From: Candidatus Eiseniibacteriota bacterium
GTDB taxonomy: Bacteria; Eisenbacteria; RBG-16-71-46
Direction of reading: 5' to 3'
NCBI GenBank assembly: GCA_963776245.1
Contig: CAVZLN010000008.1
Span: 160,001 to 224,000 of the forward strand
Length of the DNA stretch: 64,000 bases
Within the stretch, counting starts at the first letter, position 1. Each line of letters begins with the position of its first letter. The notes beneath the pieces are model-generated. The model saw nothing but the letters and a program-made list of their open reading frames with translations. It was not told the origin of the DNA and did no database searches. Both the position numbers and the translations under genes were made by a program. Positions 59,826 to 64,000 of this stretch are shown here, one piece after another.

Positions 59826-60860
59826 ATGCATGGTCTCCGCCGCGCCTGGATCGGATCGGCGCTCGCGTCGGTGATGGCCGCGACGCTCGCGTTCGCGATG
59901 GACCCCCTGCCGAAGACGCCGCCCATCCCCGCCGACAACCCGCAGACGGTCGCCAAGGCCGAGCTGGGCAAGATGCTGTTCTTCGACCCGCGGCTCTCGA
60001 AGACCGGCACGGTGTCCTGCAACTCGTGCCACAACGTGATGGAGGCCGGCGAGGACGACCGGCCCAACTCGGTCGGCGTGGACGGGAAGACCGGCGACCG
60101 TTCGGCGCCCACGGTGTGGAACGCCGCCTACCTCTCGTCCCAGTTCTGGGACGGGCGCGCGGGCACGCTCGAGGAGCAGGCCAAGGGCCCGATGGTGAAT
60201 CCGATCGAGATGGGCATGCCGGACCACGGGTTCGTGGTGGGGCGGCTGGAGCGGATCCCCGGCTACGCCCCGCGCTTCGCGGCGGTGTTCGGCGCCACCC
60301 GGCCGCTCACCATCGAGAACGTGGCCAAGGCCATCGCCTGCTACGAGCGCACGCTGATCACCCCCAACAGCGCCTTCGACCGCTACGCGCGCGGCGACAA
60401 GGCGGCGCTGAGCGCGGCCGCGGTGCGCGGCATGAAGACCGCCGAGAGCGTCGGGTGCACCGCGTGCCACAGCGGCCCGGTGTTCGCCGGTCCGATCACC
60501 ACGCCGGGCACGCCGTTCCTGCAGAAGTTCCCGGCCTACACCGACAACGGCTACGTCGCGCAGTACCGGCTGGCCGACGACCCGGGCCGCTTCAAGGTCA
60601 CGAAGGACGAGGCCGACCGGCACTTCTGGCGCGTGCCGATGTGGCGCAACGTGGCCCTCACCGCGCCCTACTTCCACAATGGCGCGGTGCCGACGCTGCA
60701 CGAGGCGGTGAAGGTGATGGCGAAGGCCCAGCTCGGGAAGGACCTGACCGACGCCGAGGCGGGTGACATCGTCGCCTTCCTCGAGAGCCTCAACGGCACC
60801 TTCCCCGCGCAGACCATGCCGCGCCTGCCCGAGACCCCGGGGCACACGCTGATCGACTGA
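59826..60860 (+). CDS. di-heme cytochrome c peroxidase (CCP/MauG family)
   Basis: Signal peptide, 'LG..LFFDPRLS', heme motifs CNSCH and CTACH, 'QFWDGRA..LEEQA.GP', 'RNVALTAPYFHNG'. Confidence 0.95.
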   Translation: MHGLRRAWIGSALASVMAATLAFAMDPLPKTPPIPADNPQTVAKAELGKMLFFDPRLSKTGTVSCNSCHNVMEAGEDDRPNSVGVDGKTGDRSAPTVWNAAYLSSQFWDGRAGTLEEQAKGPMVNPIEMGMPDHGFVVGRLERIPGYAPRFAAVFGATRPLTIENVAKAIACYERTLITPNSAFDRYARGDKAALSAAAVRGMKTAESVGCTACHSGPVFAGPITTPGTPFLQKFPAYTDNGYVAQYRLADDPGRFKVTKDEADRHFWRVPMWRNVALTAPYFHNGAVPTLHEAVKVMAKAQLGKDLTDAEAGDIVAFLESLNGTFPAQTMPRLPETPGHTLID

Positions 60861-60869
60861 GCGCGACGG

Positions 60870-60898
60870 CGGGGCGCCCCATCGGCCGGGGCGCCCCG
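60870..60898. terminator. hairpin between convergent ccp and fabF genes
   Basis: CGGGGCGCCCC...GGGGCGCCCCG. Confidence 0.55.
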
Positions 60899-60938
60899 TC
60901 GCGTCACGCCGGCGGCGCCGCGCCCGGCGCGGAGGCGC

Positions 60939-62180
60939 TCACTCGATGTCGAGCCGCCGGAACACCAGCACGCCGTTGTGCCCGCCGAAGCCGAAGGCGT
61001 TCGACATCACGCACCGCACGTCCGCGCGGCGCGCCTGATTCGGCACGTAGTCGAGGTCGCACGCCGGATCCGGCTGCAGCAGGTTGATGGTGGGATGGAT
61101 CACGCCGTGCCGCAGCGTGAGCACCGCGGCCACCGCCTCGATGGACGCCGACCCGGAGAGCGAGTGCCCGGTCATGGACTTGGTGGAGTGCACCGCGAGG
61201 CGGTAGGCGTGGTCGCCGAACACCCGCTTGATGGCCGCGGTCTCCACCGCGTCGTTGATCGGCGTCGAGGTGCCGTGCGCGTTCACCACGTCCACCTGCT
61301 CGGGGGCGATCCCGGCGTCGGCCAGCGCCATCCGCATCGCGCGGGTGGCGCCGCGCCCCTCGGGATCGGGCGCGGTGAGGTGATGGCCGTCGGCCGTGAC
61401 GCCATAGCCCACCAGTTCGGCGAGCGGGGTGGCGCCACGACCGCGCGCGTGGTCGAGCGTCTCGAGCACCACCATCCCCGCGCCCTCCGCGATCACGAAC
61501 CCGTCGCGGTCGGCGCTGAACGGGCGCGAGGCGGTGGCCGGGGAATCATTGCGGGTCGAGAGCGCGCGCAACTGGCAGTAGCTGTCGACGGCGAACGGCG
61601 AGATGGTGCTCTCGGACGAGCCCGCGACCACCGCCCGGGCGCGGCCCAGACGCAGCAGGTCGAGCGCGGTGCCGATCGCATGCGCGCCGGTGGCGCAGGC
61701 GGTGGAAAGCGACAGGTTCGGGCCGCGGCATCCGGTCTCCATCGCCACCACTCCGGCGGCCATGTTGGAGATCACGATCGGCACCGTGAGCGGATTGAAG
61801 CGCCCCGGCCCCTTGGCGAGGAACGCCTCGTGTTCCCGTTCGAGCACCTCGAAGCCGCCCACCGTGGATCCCACCACCACGCCCACGTCCTCGCGCGTCT
61901 CGCCTTCGGGCAGCCGCGCGTCGGCGAGGGCCTCGATCGCCGCGGCGAGCGCGAGCTGGGAGAAGCGCGCGGTGCGCTTGAGCGTGCGGGACGGGAGGAG
62001 CCGCTCGGGCTCGAAGTCGGTCACCTCTCCCGCGATGCGACTGCGCAGCCCCGAGGCATCGAAGGCGCGGATCGGGCCGACGCCCGAGCGCCCGTGGACC
62101 AGCGCGTCCCAGAACGCCGGCACCCCGGTGCCGACCGAGGCGCACACGCCCAGCCCGGTCACCACGATGCGGGGGTGCAT
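60939..62180 (-). CDS. fabF: beta-ketoacyl-ACP synthase II
   Basis: 'VVTGLG', catalytic 'TACATG', 'NAHGTST', 'STKSMTGH', 'SNAFGFGGHN'. Confidence 0.93.
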   Translation of the reverse strand: MHPRIVVTGLGVCASVGTGVPAFWDALVHGRSGVGPIRAFDASGLRSRIAGEVTDFEPERLLPSRTLKRTARFSQLALAAAIEALADARLPEGETREDVGVVVGSTVGGFEVLEREHEAFLAKGPGRFNPLTVPIVISNMAAGVVAMETGCRGPNLSLSTACATGAHAIGTALDLLRLGRARAVVAGSSESTISPFAVDSYCQLRALSTRNDSPATASRPFSADRDGFVIAEGAGMVVLETLDHARGRGATPLAELVGYGVTADGHHLTAPDPEGRGATRAMRMALADAGIAPEQVDVVNAHGTSTPINDAVETAAIKRVFGDHAYRLAVHSTKSMTGHSLSGSASIEAVAAVLTLRHGVIHPTINLLQPDPACDLDYVPNQARRADVRCVMSNAFGFGGHNGVLVFRRLDIE

Positions 62181-62504
62181 GCGTCAGTCCGCCCCGGCGC
62201 GATGCGGTGCCCACGGCGACGGCGGTCGATCACGGCGCGACGGTCCGGCGTGCACGGGGCCTCCGGTTCCTGGGGGCGTTCCACTCGTAGGCGCGCACCA
62301 TAATGGAGACGGGCGCCGAGATGAAGCCCGAAACCCCGCGAGGCCCTCGTTCCGGCCGCCGCGGCGGCCGGGAGCCGGGCCGCGGCCCGGAATCGGGGCC
62401 GCGGGACGGCGGCCCCCCCGCCACGGCTTGCCCGCGCGGCGCAGCCTGATACATTGCCCACCGATCCTGGCCGCTCGTCGCGGCCGGCGGAGGAGGGCAG
62501 AGTG

Positions 62505-62942
62505 ATGGCGTTCGACTGGAACTGGGTGCTCATCGTCGGCGGCGCGCTGCTGGTGCTCGTCGAGGTGGCGCTCGGGGGATTCGCGGGCTTCGACCTGGTG
62601 CTCATCGGTTCGGCGCTGGTGCTCGGCGGCGCGCTCGGGCTCGTGTTCCAGAACACCGCCCTCGGCTTCCTGGTGGCCGGTGTCCTGTGCGTCGCCTACA
62701 TCGTCGCCGGACGGCGCTGGGTGCGGGCGCGGATGCTCCACCGCAAGGTGGCGAGCAACGTGGACGCGATCATCGGCCAGCGCGCCCTGGTGATGACGCC
62801 CGTCACCGAGCACGTGGCGGGGCAGGTGAAGGTGCGGAGCGAGACGTGGCGCGCGCTGCCGGCGCCCGGGGCGGGGCCGTTCGAGCCCGGCACCGAGGTG
62901 ACCGTGGATGGCGTGGATGGCGTGACCCTTCAGGTGAGGTGA
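62505..62942 (+). CDS. NfeD-like C-terminal OB-fold membrane protein
   Basis: N-terminal TMs, then 'IIG..A.V......G.VKV..E.W.A.....G..V.V..VDG.TL.V'; directly upstream of the SPFH gene. Confidence 0.88.
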   Translation: MAFDWNWVLIVGGALLVLVEVALGGFAGFDLVLIGSALVLGGALGLVFQNTALGFLVAGVLCVAYIVAGRRWVRARMLHRKVASNVDAIIGQRALVMTPVTEHVAGQVKVRSETWRALPAPGAGPFEPGTEVTVDGVDGVTLQVR

Positions 62943-62945
62943 CCC

Positions 62946-63827
62946 ATGGAGCTGCTCGGACCGTTCATGTCGATGCTGTTGATCATCGTGGTGCTCATCG
63001 CCGTGATCTCGCTGGCGCGTTCGGCGCGCGTCGTGGCCCAGTACGAGAAGGGGCTGGTGCTGAGGCTCGGCCGCTATCGTTCCACGGTGGACTCGGGGCT
63101 CACCTTCCTGGTGCCGGTCATCGAGGACATGCTCAAGGTGGACATGCGCGAGCGCGTGATCAACGTGGAGCCCCAGAAGGTCATCACCAAGGACAACGTC
63201 TCGGTGACCGTGGACGCGGTGATCTACTACCGCATCAGCGACCCGGTGAAGGCCACCTTCGAGGTCCAGAACTTCGCCTATGCCGCCACCACGCTGGCGC
63301 AGACCAACCTGCGCAATCTGATCGGCGACAAATCGCTGGACGAGACGCTCACCGCGCGCGATACCATCAACGCCAACCTGCGGCTGGTGCTCGACGAGGC
63401 GACCAACACGTGGGGCGTGAAGGTCACGCGGGTCGAGGTCCAGAAGATCGATCCGCCCGCCGACATCACCGAGGCGATGTCGCGGCAGATGAAGGCCGAG
63501 CGTGACAAGCGCGCCAACATCCTCGAGGCCGAGGGCGTGAAGCAGTCGCAGATCCTCGCGGCCGAGGGGGTGCGCCAGTCCGAGATCCTGCGGGCCGAGG
63601 GCGACGCGCAGGCGAAGATCACCCGCGCCACCGCCGAGGCCCGGGCCATCGAGATGGTGTCGAACGCGGCGGAGGCCTTCTTCAAGGAGCGCGCCGAGGT
63701 GAGCAAGCGCCTCGACGTTCTCAACAACGTGCTCGCCCAGCAGTCCAAGTTCATCGTGCCCTCGGGCTCCGATCTGGTGAACGTGCTCGGGCTCGACGAC
63801 CGGACGGTGGTGCCGATCAAGAAGTAG
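62946..63827 (+). CDS. SPFH/Band 7 (stomatin/QmcA-like) protein
   Basis: '[17 protein letters not shown]', 'AQT.LR..IG...LDE.L..R..IN', 'WGVKV.RVE', 'QMKAER.KRA.I..AEG'. Confidence 0.95.
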   Translation: MELLGPFMSMLLIIVVLIAVISLARSARVVAQYEKGLVLRLGRYRSTVDSGLTFLVPVIEDMLKVDMRERVINVEPQKVITKDNVSVTVDAVIYYRISDPVKATFEVQNFAYAATTLAQTNLRNLIGDKSLDETLTARDTINANLRLVLDEATNTWGVKVTRVEVQKIDPPADITEAMSRQMKAERDKRANILEAEGVKQSQILAAEGVRQSEILRAEGDAQAKITRATAEARAIEMVSNAAEAFFKERAEVSKRLDVLNNVLAQQSKFIVPSGSDLVNVLGLDDRTVVPIKK

Positions 63828-63844
63828 CGCCGGTCGCGGTGCGG

Positions 63845-63881
63845 CGGGGCGTCTCCCGGCGGGAGGCGCCCCGTTCCCTTT
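63845..63881 (+). terminator. intrinsic terminator after the SPFH gene
   Basis: CGGGGCGTCTCCC-GGC-GGGAGGCGCCCCG followed by TTCCCTTT. Confidence 0.6.
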
Positions 63882-63894
63882 CCCGGGGCGCCGC

Positions 63895-64000
63895 TCAGTC
63901 GCGGCCGGCGCGTCCCGCGCCGGGGCGCTCCGGCCCGGCGTCGCCGCGCAGCACGGCGCGGATGTCGGCGAGCGCGAGGGCGCCCTGGCCGAGCGCCACC
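63895..64000 (-). CDS. 3' end of a gene extending beyond the window (unidentified)
   Basis: Open frame '...VALGQGALALADIRAVLRGDAGPERPGAGRAGRD*' with high GC3; too short to assign. Confidence 0.5.
   Translation of the reverse strand, partial: VALGQGALALADIRAVLRGDAGPERPGAGRAGRD

Overview
Very high-GC bacterial chromosomal segment with about 47 genes, mostly envelope, transport and central-metabolism functions. Its profile includes several secreted proteins ending in FlgD-Ig/T9SS-like tails, one ending in a 'TWGxLKxxYR' motif, Ser/Thr kinase-TolB-TPR and GAF-sigma54 regulators, and a DUF222-like/HNH gene. This suggests an FCB-associated candidate phylum such as Ca. Eisenbacteria (inference, not verified). 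No rRNA, tRNA, CRISPR array or recognisable transposase was seen. Most notable observations: (1) the HNH gene at 47183-48574 carries an in-frame array of five short, co-varying DNA palindromes. (2) A Nal1-like lipoprotein serine protease, broken by three +1 frameshifts, is followed by a small lipoprotein that is a stand-alone copy of its own N-terminal (pro) domain. (3) A 119-bp element with perfect 20-bp terminal inverted repeats lies at 29639-29757. (4) A perfect TGTGA-N6-TCACA box sits between a Cys-rich Crp/Fnr regulator and a secreted-protein gene. (5) Sigma54 promoters precede secreted-protein genes, and there are several candidate leaderless transcripts. (6) MprF is split, and a HipA-like kinase/DUF3037 pair is present.
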